Shown here piece by piece: positions 8,978 to 17,995 of a stretch of DNA of 33,046 nt. Within the stretch, counting starts at the first letter, position 1, and each line of letters starts with the position of its first letter. The stretch comes from Bacteroidota bacterium (GTDB taxonomy: Bacteria > Bacteroidota > Bacteroidia > Bacteroidales > ML635J-15), in assembly GCA_051748025.1 (NCBI GenBank), contig JBNJGX010000005.1, positions 1-33,046 of the forward strand. The letters are read 5' to 3'. The notes under the pieces are model-generated. The model had not been told where the DNA came from, did not search any database, and worked only from the letters and a program-made list of their open reading frames with translations. A program made the translations under genes and the position numbers.

Positions 8978-11338
8978 TCAATTGATAAACAAAATTTTTG
9001 TCACATTTGATTTTGTTCCGTCTTCATTGGCAGAAAACACGAGATATACGCCGGTTTGAACTCTGTTTCCGTTGAGGTCTTTACCTTCCCAAATGGCTTG
9101 TCCCCCTTCGGACCGGGTTTCAAAAACGAGGTTTCCGGCAACATCTGTGATCTTAACAATAGACCCTGCGACAAGCCCGTGTATTGTAATGGGGCCACGA
9201 TAATCCGGTCTTACAGGATTTGGAAAGGCATAAACATCTTCAAAGTTTTCATTTGGTTCGGTTGCTTCACCGCGATATGACAACACCCCTTTATCTGTAA
9301 CAACAAATACTTCACCTGTTTCAGGCACAATGTCCATGCTGTTGACATTGTTTGAAAACAACGGGCTATTGTCTTTGTTGAAGTTATGAATTTGTGTAAT
9401 CCCATCAGCAGATGTTTTAAAAACACCACCCCCCTGGGTGCCAAACCATTTTTTATTGGCACCATCCACACACACGGCAGAAACGATCTCAGACCCCAGC
9501 AGTATATCAGCATTGTCCGATCCATCATTCCGGGGAATAAGGACCTGTGAAGCTTCCGGGGTTTCTTCAAATACGTTTTCAGGATTGTAATAAACCACAA
9601 CCCCTTTGCTTGTCCCCAGCCAGATAGCTCCGTTTTTATCTTCGGCTATGTCATAAATATCATTGGAAATGATTTGTCCATACTCATCTGTTACACTGAG
9701 GTTTCTTGTTTTATCGTCGCTGAGGTCACCGGGTGTACCGTTATCATCAAAAACAAATAATCCATACCCCCTCGGCAATATCATCCATTTGTGGTCATTT
9801 TCTGTAACGATTATATCACCCAGGTTGGTGGCATTTATACGATTGGCATAGCTTAAGGCTGTCCATTCTCCATCAGGACTTCTGACATGTACGGGGTCAG
9901 ACCCCTGAGAATTAACCACCCACAGGTTTTGATCATCATCAAAAGCTAAACCGCTTATGCGAATATAACCTGCATCCGGGATTTGTGTCAGCGAAGAATT
10001 TGTCTGATCATAATGTTGAATAATTTCGCCATTTTCTAATTCCAATAAGCCGGTGCCCCATAGCCCAACAAATGCCTGAGTGGTGTTTTGTGGATTTTGA
10101 GCTACAATAACCGGATCATACAGATCGTTCAGCGTACTATCTTCACGTCGTGTTAATGTGTGCCATAATTCATTTTTAAAATAATTGATTTCAGGCGATT
10201 TATATCTTGCCCCCCATTGTATGGTCCGTCCTCCCCCGACAGTTATAACAGATTTTCCTTCTGCACTGACATCAAACCCATCTGCTGAAGCAGGGCCGTT
10301 AAGTGTAATTACCTGATGATCCCATCTTGAATGCTGAAGGCATAAACCGGAAGCATGATCAGCAATGATCAGTTCATGGTCTTTCCCGGGGAAAAAGTGA
10401 ACAGGCTGAGGGGATTTACCATCGCCGCCGGTGAAATAATGATAAATATTTTTGTCCATTTCAAAATTATCGTTGTAATATACCACGGCATAAGTTCTGT
10501 TCAAAATGAGAAAGTCTTCATCACTGGTAATATATTTGCATGAATTGATGTCGCTATCAGGAAAATATTCCCATGTTTCATCTTCAAAGATATAAAGCCT
10601 GTCAGCATTGCTACTGTCAGGGATATGTTTGTTTACAATTAATTTTCCATCGAAATATTTCAAGGTGTTGTATTGTTGTCCTTTGAGTTGATAAAAAGGT
10701 TCACCAAATTCGATGTCTGTAAGCACTTCCCAATTGTTGTAATCTGCAAGATTGCTGTTATAATAATCTCCCCTGTATATCCCGTTTTCTGTGGCAGCGT
10801 ATAAATATTCTCCGTCAAATTCGGTTTGAAAAACTTTTAAATATCCGCCCAGTTCACCAATGTAATATGTGTATTTTATTTCTTTACGTTGTATGTCTAA
10901 CACAACGATACCAAAGCCGGTAGATAATATTGCATAATCATCAACAAACAAAATATGATTAATGGATTTTACGGCCGGAATATTTTTTCTTTTGATATCA
11001 GCAAGGTTGGTTACCGTTCTGTCTTGCAGAAAATCAATGTTGCCGTTATTATAACCGATGATAAGCATATCGTAATCATCATTGTATGCAATATATCCTA
11101 TCCCGATATCTGACAGGGCATTTATTTTATTAAGTTTTTCAGTTTCACCACTGGTTTTATTATATGAAAAAAGTGCTTCTGCTGTTGCAAGAAATATTTC
11201 CTCATCACTTTCAGCCACACAAGTTCCCCTGGAATATGGCAAATGATCCCGCCACTGACCTACGCCAACCTGAGAAAAAGTAAACTGAAACAAAATAAGT
11301 AAACAGATGGTAATGGTAATTTGACGCATTGATTTCAT
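8978..11338 (-). CDS. porZ: T9SS component PorZ (two beta-propellers plus C-terminal sorting domain)
   Basis: Signal peptide, VGQWRDHLPY N-terminus, propeller repeats (IAEDKNGAIWLGT, VDGANKKWFGT), CTD VYAFPNPVRPDY...TGVYLV...KILFIN. Adjacent to recO. Confidence 0.85.
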   Translation of the reverse strand: MKSMRQITITICLLILFQFTFSQVGVGQWRDHLPYSRGTCVAESDEEIFLATAEALFSYNKTSGETEKLNKINALSDIGIGYIAYNDDYDMLIIGYNNGNIDFLQDRTVTNLADIKRKNIPAVKSINHILFVDDYAILSTGFGIVVLDIQRKEIKYTYYIGELGGYLKVFQTEFDGEYLYAATENGIYRGDYYNSNLADYNNWEVLTDIEFGEPFYQLKGQQYNTLKYFDGKLIVNKHIPDSSNADRLYIFEDETWEYFPDSDINSCKYITSDEDFLILNRTYAVVYYNDNFEMDKNIYHYFTGGDGKSPQPVHFFPGKDHELIIADHASGLCLQHSRWDHQVITLNGPASADGFDVSAEGKSVITVGGGRTIQWGARYKSPEINYFKNELWHTLTRREDSTLNDLYDPVIVAQNPQNTTQAFVGLWGTGLLELENGEIIQHYDQTNSSLTQIPDAGYIRISGLAFDDDQNLWVVNSQGSDPVHVRSPDGEWTALSYANRINATNLGDIIVTENDHKWMILPRGYGLFVFDDNGTPGDLSDDKTRNLSVTDEYGQIISNDIYDIAEDKNGAIWLGTSKGVVVYYNPENVFEETPEASQVLIPRNDGSDNADILLGSEIVSAVCVDGANKKWFGTQGGGVFKTSADGITQIHNFNKDNSPLFSNNVNSMDIVPETGEVFVVTDKGVLSYRGEATEPNENFEDVYAFPNPVRPDYRGPITIHGLVAGSIVKITDVAGNLVFETRSEGGQAIWEGKDLNGNRVQTGVYLVFSANEDGTKSNVTKILFIN

Positions 11339-11444
11339 TCTACAATTTCTTTAAATAAAATACGGAAAATAATAATTCTCCGGCAACAAATAAAGCTTAT
11401 AAGAAATAAAACTGTTTTTTCTTTCATTTATTATTCGCAAATGA

Positions 11445-12026
11445 TCAGAAATTTCCATCCTTGATAAAACGGGCGAGTTTTCTAATGGCTTTAGCTCTGT
11501 GGCTTATGAGATTTTTTTCTTCGTCGCCCATTTCAGCAAAAGTTTTGTTATATCCATCAGGAATAAAAACCGGATCATAACCAAACCCGGCCGTTCCACA
11601 TGCTGCCTTAGCAATACTGCCTTCGGCAATGCCTTCAAAAAAATAATGATTATCCTTTATTATCAGGCATACTACGGTACGAAAACGGGCTTTTCTGTTA
11701 TTGACAGCCTTCATTTCATGCATTAATTTTTTCAGATTTTCCTGACTGTTTTGGTCATTGCCGGCATACCTTGCTGAGTGTACGCCGGGCGCTTTGTTCA
11801 GAGCATATACTTCGAGCCCTGTATCATCCGCAAAACAAGGTTTTTTCAAATGATGATACACGTAATCTGCTTTGATTGCGGCATTGCCTTCAAGGCTGGT
11901 GGCAGATTCTTTAATATCCTCATGAATATCAACATCATTTAAACTAAAAATGTGACAGGTATTACCAAAAATATCCCTGACTTCCCTTAATTTATGTGGA
12001 TTGTTACTGGCAAATATCAGATTCAT
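11445..12026 (-). CDS. rdgB: Non-canonical purine NTP pyrophosphatase (RdgB/HAM1)
   Basis: FASNNPHKLRE, FADDTGLEV..L..APGVHSARYAG, GFGYDPVF, KNLISHRAKA. Confidence 0.95.
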   Translation of the reverse strand: MNLIFASNNPHKLREVRDIFGNTCHIFSLNDVDIHEDIKESATSLEGNAAIKADYVYHHLKKPCFADDTGLEVYALNKAPGVHSARYAGNDQNSQENLKKLMHEMKAVNNRKARFRTVVCLIIKDNHYFFEGIAEGSIAKAACGTAGFGYDPVFIPDGYNKTFAEMGDEEKNLISHRAKAIRKLARFIKDGNF

Positions 12027-12844
12027 TCTTTACGAAAATCAATGTTATTAACAATTTGTCGTACTACTGTCGGGAAATAATCTTTTACCACTGTTTCGGG
12101 GTCATGTAGATCAAACGGTATTTTTACCGCTGAAAATCCCCCGTGCTCCAGGTTTCCTTTTTCATCATAGAGGCTGTAATGGACTTTCACCAGTCGAGCG
12201 GCATCAGTATTACCACTAAAATAGGGATCCCCATACATGCCTTTGATCTCCAATTGATTGACAAACAGTATTTGGTCTAAATCGCGTTTTTCGGCAAGAT
12301 CGGGAATAAAATCCGGATTGTTGAATTTAATGTGTAAATATTTATCATCGGTACTGTATCTCCTGCCTTTAAGCTCACCATTTTCTCTCCGGGTATTGAC
12401 AACCGTGTCGGTATATTGTTTATCACGCCACTTTTTGCGCAATTTTCCTAAAAATTTTTCTTCATCTTCTTTTTCTTCGTGTTTATCCTGCATGGCACGC
12501 CGCATTTCATATGAAACGGTGGTATAAAGCCCTAAAAGAGTATTACGTGCTTCAGTGGTGTACGACTGGTTCAGGTCAATGGCTTCACAGGAATCTATCA
12601 TCGCCAGTTGGAGTCGCCTGTTTAAAGTATTCCGGAGGTAATCCCGCAATTCCTCGTGTGTCATGTTGCTGTTGTTAACCCAAAGCTCAGTGGCATCGTT
12701 ATGATAAACAGACGGGTCAAAAGGCAATATCAATATGCGCTGATTATAATCATCTGGGAAATAATGGGTATCGTCCTGAGCATTCAGGCGAAATACCAGG
12801 GATAAAACAATAATAAGCCAAATAAAAAATTTATACGTCATCAA
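12023..12844 (-). CDS. Hypothetical exported protein (273 aa)
   Basis: Signal peptide (..LSLVFRLNA-Q). 4-nt ATGA overlaps with both neighbours support a real gene. No family recognised. Confidence 0.75.
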   Translation of the reverse strand: MMTYKFFIWLIIVLSLVFRLNAQDDTHYFPDDYNQRILILPFDPSVYHNDATELWVNNSNMTHEELRDYLRNTLNRRLQLAMIDSCEAIDLNQSYTTEARNTLLGLYTTVSYEMRRAMQDKHEEKEDEEKFLGKLRKKWRDKQYTDTVVNTRRENGELKGRRYSTDDKYLHIKFNNPDFIPDLAEKRDLDQILFVNQLEIKGMYGDPYFSGNTDAARLVKVHYSLYDEKGNLEHGGFSAVKIPFDLHDPETVVKDYFPTVVRQIVNNIDFRKE

Positions 12845-14142
12845 AATAAATTTATTATATCGTTTCCAATGATTAAAACCATGAGGCCAAGTACAATTAT
12901 CAGGCCAATCATTTGCACAATTTCCATAAATTTATCCGGTAATTTACGGCCGATAATCATTTCTATCAATGTAAATAATACATGTCCACCATCAAGAGCA
13001 GGGATCGGCAGGATATTAACAAAAGCAAGCACCATTGATATGATACCGGTTAATGTCCAGAAACGGCCCCAATGCCATACCCCTCCAAAGGTTTTGGCTA
13101 TACCGATCGGTCCTTGCAGGCTGTCTCTTGCTTTTTCTTCTCCTGAAAACACTTTGCCGAGGCCTTTTGCATTGGCTTTCAGTGATTCAAAGGCATCTTT
13201 CCAGCCGTATTTCATGGCTGTATAAAAATTATATTCAGTTGAAGGGTATTTACTCTTTAGCCGTACCCCGATTGTCCCCGCACTATCAACCGGTAGCTCA
13301 AGCGTAACCGGGTGTCCCAGGCGTCTTACTTTTAATTTAATGGTATCCCCGCGATGCTTAACCAAAGATTCCATAAACTCGCCTTTAAGCTCTACGGATT
13401 GTGAATTGATGCCAATGATTTCATCCGAAGTTTTTAATCCTGCTTTATGTGCACTATGACCTTCAATCACTTCTTTTATCTCAACAGGGTAATTTTGGAA
13501 TGAAAGGAACATGGTTTCTGCATTCATCATATGCTTATATAAGGTATCAGGCAACGGGATGTCAATAATTTTACCGTTTCTTTCAACACTTATTTCATCC
13601 CCGAGGTATAACCTTGTGGAAATAACATCTGTTACGCGGTTTACTTTTTTCCCGTCAATGGCAATAATTTTATCGCCATTTTGTAATCCTGTTTTTTCAG
13701 CGTATTCCCAGGCATAAATCCCGTCATTCACATCATCCAGGTCAATATATGATTCACTGAATGCCATGTGGGCAAATGTAAAAATCAGTACCCCGACAAT
13801 GACATTCATTACCACACCGGCAACCATCACAATCAACCGTTGCCAGGCAGGTTTTGATCGGAACTCCCATGGCTGCGGGGGCTTTTTCATTTGTTCCTTA
13901 TCCATCGATTCATCTATCATGCCGGAAATCTTCACATAACCACCGAGCGGTAGCATCCCAACACCATATTCAGTACCTTTGATTTTTTTACTGTAAATTT
14001 TGCCGGGCCAATCAAAGAATATAAAAAATTTATCTACCTTAATTTTAAATGCCCGGGCAGCAAGGTAATGTCCCAACTCATGTACAAACACGAGTATTGA
14101 TAAAGCCAGTAAAAGCTGGGCTGTCATCACTAATCCACTCAT
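12841..14142 (-). CDS. rseP: RIP zinc metalloprotease RseP with PDZ domains
   Basis: HELGH zinc motif, PLGGYVKISGM, NILPIPALDGGH. Immediately follows dxr. Confidence 0.95.
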   Translation of the reverse strand: MSGLVMTAQLLLALSILVFVHELGHYLAARAFKIKVDKFFIFFDWPGKIYSKKIKGTEYGVGMLPLGGYVKISGMIDESMDKEQMKKPPQPWEFRSKPAWQRLIVMVAGVVMNVIVGVLIFTFAHMAFSESYIDLDDVNDGIYAWEYAEKTGLQNGDKIIAIDGKKVNRVTDVISTRLYLGDEISVERNGKIIDIPLPDTLYKHMMNAETMFLSFQNYPVEIKEVIEGHSAHKAGLKTSDEIIGINSQSVELKGEFMESLVKHRGDTIKLKVRRLGHPVTLELPVDSAGTIGVRLKSKYPSTEYNFYTAMKYGWKDAFESLKANAKGLGKVFSGEEKARDSLQGPIGIAKTFGGVWHWGRFWTLTGIISMVLAFVNILPIPALDGGHVLFTLIEMIIGRKLPDKFMEIVQMIGLIIVLGLMVLIIGNDIINLF

Positions 14143-15311
14143 AATTCAATTTTTTTTACAATGTTTTCTGCTTGTTTTCTGGCTCTGTTATCAGAAAGCA
14201 TATAAGTCTCAATGCTATCTGGGTGACTAACAGGCAATGCTTCCATGCATGCGTGATTAATGTCTGCTATTTGTGTAAAACCAATTCTGCCGCTTAAAAA
14301 AGCCTCTACTGCTATTTCGTTGGCTGCATTAAGGGTACAAGAGGCATCACCACCTGTTTTCAGGGATTCAAAAGCAAGTTTGAGGTTAGGAAAATTAACA
14401 AGGTCGGGCTTTTCAAAATTCAGGCAACCAATTTCTGTCAGATCAATGCCTTCAACATGGGTAGGGATCCTTTCCGGCCATGACATGGCATACTGAATTG
14501 GCAACCTCATATCTGTATTGCCAAGTTGAGCTTTCATAGATCCGTCAATAAACTCCACCATGCTATGAACAACAGAAGCAGGATGAACAATGACTTCAAT
14601 TTTTTCAGGAGGCAAACCAAAGAGCCAGTGAGCTTCGATTACCTCAAGCCCTTTATTCATTAAACTGGCCGAATCAATGCTCACCTTTTTCCCCATATTC
14701 CATGTGGGATGTTTGAGGGCATCTTCAGGACTTACCTTGTGCAATTCATCCTTGTTTTTGCCAAGAAAGGGTCCGCCCGAAGCAGTGAGAATAAGTTTTT
14801 TAATATTGTCTGCATTTTCACCGGTAAGACACTGAAAAATGGCGGAATGTTCAGAATCAACCGGAATAACAGGCACTTTATATTTTTCCACCATTGCCAT
14901 GATAAGTTTTCCTGCAACCACCAGGGTTTCTTTATTTGCAAGCGCAACAGTTTTGCGTGCTTCAATGGCTTTTAGAACCGGTGCCAGGCCATCAAACCCA
15001 ACCATGGCAGCCAACACAATATCAACACCCGACAACTGAACCACATCAAGTATTGATCCGGCACCCGCAAACACTTTAATGCCTGAATCCGAAAGTGCGT
15101 CAGATACAAAATTGTATTTGTCTTCGTTGGCAATGACAACCATATTGGGATGAAATTCTTTTGCCTGCTTAATGAGCAATCGGGCATTGTTTCCTGCAAC
15201 CAATATCTCAGCACAAAATTCATCAGGGTGACTTCTGATCACATCCAGTGCCTGTGTTCCAATTGACCCCGTTGAGCCCAATACAGCAATATGTTTAATG
15301 TTTTTTGTCAT
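14139..15311 (-). CDS. dxr: 1-deoxy-D-xylulose-5-phosphate reductoisomerase
   Basis: LGSTGSIGTQ, LANKETLV, PVDSEHSAIFQ, LTASGGPF, HPTWNMGKKVSIDSA, NKGLEVIEAH. Confidence 0.97.
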   Translation of the reverse strand: MTKNIKHIAVLGSTGSIGTQALDVIRSHPDEFCAEILVAGNNARLLIKQAKEFHPNMVVIANEDKYNFVSDALSDSGIKVFAGAGSILDVVQLSGVDIVLAAMVGFDGLAPVLKAIEARKTVALANKETLVVAGKLIMAMVEKYKVPVIPVDSEHSAIFQCLTGENADNIKKLILTASGGPFLGKNKDELHKVSPEDALKHPTWNMGKKVSIDSASLMNKGLEVIEAHWLFGLPPEKIEVIVHPASVVHSMVEFIDGSMKAQLGNTDMRLPIQYAMSWPERIPTHVEGIDLTEIGCLNFEKPDLVNFPNLKLAFESLKTGGDASCTLNAANEIAVEAFLSGRIGFTQIADINHACMEALPVSHPDSIETYMLSDNRARKQAENIVKKIEL

Positions 15312-16156
15312 TCGAAATCAATATATTGTTCAGGGTCTAATGGTTCTCCATCATTCCATAATTCAAAATGCAAATGAGGTCCGTAGCTTATTTCACCGGT
15401 GTTACCATAAACCCCTATACTTTGACCGGCATTTACCTGGTCACCGGTTTTTACAAGTAAATTTTTCAAATGGCGGTAAGTACTCAAATAATTATTTTTA
15501 TGTTGAATTTGGATTGTATAACCTGTTTCCATCGTCCAGTTGGCAGAAACTATTGTTCCTTCCAGCACAGCCCGCACAATTTCATCATCCGGAGTGACTA
15601 TATCTGTACCATAATGATCCCGTACCGGATCAAAACTATTTGTGACCAACCCCTTAACAGGCGGGAAAAATATTACATCAGTTTTTGGTTGCTCTGAGAT
15701 AAATTTCGGTACAGCCAGCTTTTTGTCAATATTTAATGCATTTCCACCATTTAAATTATCTGAAACTGATTTGATTTTTGTTGTATCATTTAACCCTTCA
15801 CTCATTTCCAATGTAGGATTAAAGGGCTTTTCCCCCAACATTACCTGTTTCATATTAGACAAATACTGGTCTCTTTTTTCAATTTCTCCGGCCAAACTAT
15901 CAAGTCTTCTGATATTTTCTGCACTTGCCTGCCTTATTTCTTTATTCAGATGACCAGGAATATATTCTTTAAGAGGTGTGACCACAATTAATGTCACTGT
16001 GATGCCAACAATCAAAATAACCATACCCGCAATCAGACTAATAAACCCCAAACGACTAAAATTATAGCGTTTTTTCTGCTCAAAGCTACCATGTGTCAGT
16101 AGTACAAGACGGTATTTTCTGCCCAACCACAGTCTGATTTTCTTTAACATTGCCAT
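15308..16156 (-). CDS. M23 family metallopeptidase, membrane anchored
   Basis: N-terminal TM, coiled coil, HYGTD (HxxxD) and GPHLHFELW (HxH) motifs. Confidence 0.92.
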   Translation of the reverse strand: MAMLKKIRLWLGRKYRLVLLTHGSFEQKKRYNFSRLGFISLIAGMVILIVGITVTLIVVTPLKEYIPGHLNKEIRQASAENIRRLDSLAGEIEKRDQYLSNMKQVMLGEKPFNPTLEMSEGLNDTTKIKSVSDNLNGGNALNIDKKLAVPKFISEQPKTDVIFFPPVKGLVTNSFDPVRDHYGTDIVTPDDEIVRAVLEGTIVSANWTMETGYTIQIQHKNNYLSTYRHLKNLLVKTGDQVNAGQSIGVYGNTGEISYGPHLHFELWNDGEPLDPEQYIDFE

Positions 16157-16173
16157 AATTTATCTTTATCGTA

Positions 16174-16181
16174 CAAAGATA
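16174..16181 (-). promoter_or_regulatory. Putative -7 promoter element (TATCTTTG) for the M23-dxr-rseP-hypothetical-rdgB operon
   Basis: Exact TAnnTTTG match 17 nt upstream of the M23 ATG. Confidence 0.6.
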
Positions 16182-16347
16182 TGAATTTTAGACGGATATT
16201 ATGCGGATGCAAATAATTAGTGTTTCTTAGAAAACTATTGCATTATAAATATAACAAACCTAAAACATCAAAAAACAAATAATTCTCAATAACCAATTAT
16301 ATAATATTCAAACAGTTTATAAAATTGGGATTTTTTATTTAGAATTT

Positions 16348-16375
16348 ATTTGTCATTTGATATTTGTTATTTGGT
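16348..16375. repeat. Heptamer tandem repeat ATTTGnn x4 (ATTTGTC ATTTGAT ATTTGTT ATTTGGT)
   Basis: Four in-phase copies read directly, about 30 nt past the stop of the PLP lyase gene. Confidence 0.55.
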
Positions 16376-16406
16376 GTTTTCTTAGTTCCACTAATTAAAG
16401 GGTTAT

Positions 16407-17588
16407 TTAAATTTTTTTAAGTGCTTGGTCAAGGTCTTCGATAATATCTTCCACATTTTCAATTCCAACTGAAAAGCGTACTAACCCGGGAGCTATACCG
16501 GCTTTGATTCTGTCTTTTTCAGAGACGCCGGCATGTGTCATAGACGCCGGATGTTGTATAAGGGATTCAACACCTCCGAGGGACACAGCGAGTAATGCCA
16601 GCTGTACACTATTCATAAGGGTTTTACCGGCATCAATACCCCCTTTGAGTTCAAAGCACAACATGCTTCCAAAATCTTTCATTTGTTTGGCTGCGAGGTC
16701 GTACTGTGGATGAGATTTCAGCCCGGGATAATTAACCCATTTAATTTTCGGATGCTTATCCAGGTAACCTGCTACTTCTTTGGCATTATCGGTGGCTTTT
16801 TGTACCCTGAGAGCCAATGTTTTTACACCCCGGTAAACCATATATGCCTGATGCGGATCCATATTGCCACCCATATAACGCATCACTTTTTTCATATTAT
16901 TCAGCATCACTTCATCATTAGCAATTATAGCTCCACCAACCACATCTGCATGGCCATTGATGAATTTTGTAAGGGAATGCATAACGACATCAGCCCCTAA
17001 ATCCAGTGGTTTTTGCAAATACGGGCTGCTAAAGGTATTATCAACCACAACCGGCACATTGTGTTTATGGGCAATTTCAGATATCTTTTCAATATCTGAC
17101 AGCTCCATGGTAGGATTAGCCGGGGTTTCGAGAAAAATAAGCTTGGTATTTTTCTGGATGGCTTTTTCTACCTCTGCCGGATTGGATGTATCCATATATG
17201 TTGATTCAATACCAAATTTCGAATAAATGGTTTCCATCAAAATACGGGTGGGACCATATACTGCATGTGTGCTGATCATGTGATCATCCTTTTCAAGAAA
17301 CGCCGCATAAATTGTTGACACTGCAGCCATGCCGCTTGCCAGTGCAATACCACCCTTCCCATTTTCCAGGGCTGCCAGTTTATTTTCCAAAGCCTCTATG
17401 GTTGGATTGGAAAGGCGCGTATAGATGTGGCCTTTCTCTTCGCCTTTAAATAATCTGGCACCATGGTCGGCATTTTTAAAAGAAAAGGTTGAGGTTTGAT
17501 AAATCGGTACAACTGCTGACCCAAATTGGTCATCAAAATCACCGGCATGTATTAGCCGGGTGTCAAATCCTTTATTTTTTGTATCCAT
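16407..17588 (-). CDS. PLP-dependent Cys/Met metabolism lyase (methionine gamma-lyase / cystathionine gamma-lyase family)
   Basis: PIYQTSTF, YTRLSNPT, ASGMAA, ETPANPT, DNTF, HSLTKFINGHAD (PLP Lys), AVSLGGVESL, LVRFSVGIE. Confidence 0.9.
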   Translation of the reverse strand: MDTKNKGFDTRLIHAGDFDDQFGSAVVPIYQTSTFSFKNADHGARLFKGEEKGHIYTRLSNPTIEALENKLAALENGKGGIALASGMAAVSTIYAAFLEKDDHMISTHAVYGPTRILMETIYSKFGIESTYMDTSNPAEVEKAIQKNTKLIFLETPANPTMELSDIEKISEIAHKHNVPVVVDNTFSSPYLQKPLDLGADVVMHSLTKFINGHADVVGGAIIANDEVMLNNMKKVMRYMGGNMDPHQAYMVYRGVKTLALRVQKATDNAKEVAGYLDKHPKIKWVNYPGLKSHPQYDLAAKQMKDFGSMLCFELKGGIDAGKTLMNSVQLALLAVSLGGVESLIQHPASMTHAGVSEKDRIKAGIAPGLVRFSVGIENVEDIIEDLDQALKKI

Positions 17589-17698
17589 AAGGTAAAAAGT
17601 TTACTTATAATTATTATTATGTCTAATATTTAAATTGTCATACTGGTAATGAAAAAAATCTTGCTCATTAAGTAAAGATCAAGGTTTTTCAACAAATT

Positions 17699-17723
17699 AA
17701 AAAGGGAGAGCTCCCTCTCCCTT
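17699..17723 (-). terminator. Rho-independent terminator downstream of tRNA-Ala
   Basis: The minus strand reads AAGGGAGAG-GGAG-CTCTCCCTT, with the stem running into a TTTTT tract, about 40 nt after the tRNA 3' end. Confidence 0.8.
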
Positions 17724-17761
17724 ACATTTCTGTCTCAAAAAAAAAGAATTTTGTCGATCAG

Positions 17762-17835
17762 TGGAGTATAGCGGGCTTGAACCGCTGACCTCGTGACTGC
17801 CAGTCACGCGCTCTAGCCAACTGAGCTAATACCCC
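17762..17835 (-). tRNA. tRNA-Ala (anticodon GGC)
   Basis: GGGGTATTAGCTCAGTTGGCTAGAGCGCGTGACTGGCAGTCACGAGGTCAGCGGTTCAAGCCCGCTATACTCCA: cloverleaf, anticodon loop CT-GGC-AG, G3:U70 Ala identity pair. CCA is not encoded. Confidence 0.97.
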
Positions 17836-17855
17836 AAACATAAAACCATTTATTT

Positions 17856-17995
17856 AGTGTTTGTCCATAATGTCCAATATCTTCGTTGTTGCTCAAATTT
17901 TAAATCCTCGAATACCTTAGTATACTGCGGTTTAAAATTTTCACACGCCTTGATCTTGAACATTATGAACTAAACACTGACTTTATGGACAAGCA
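17856..17995. repeat. Nested imperfect palindromic element (MITE/REP-like or structured RNA)
   Basis: Arms AGTGTTT/AAACACT, GTCCATAATGTCCAA/TTGAACATTATGAAC and AAATTTTAAATC/GGTTTAAAATTT, plus an extra inverted copy of the left arm at 17979-17995. Confidence 0.7.

Noticed and set aside
17589-17700. Possible SAM riboswitch upstream of the Met/Cys lyase
   Set aside because: No SAM-I or SAM-II consensus seen. The only hairpin nearby is explained as the tRNA terminator.
17762-17835. tRNA-Ala as an integration site for an island
   Set aside because: No integrase and no duplicated tRNA 3' end found in the window.
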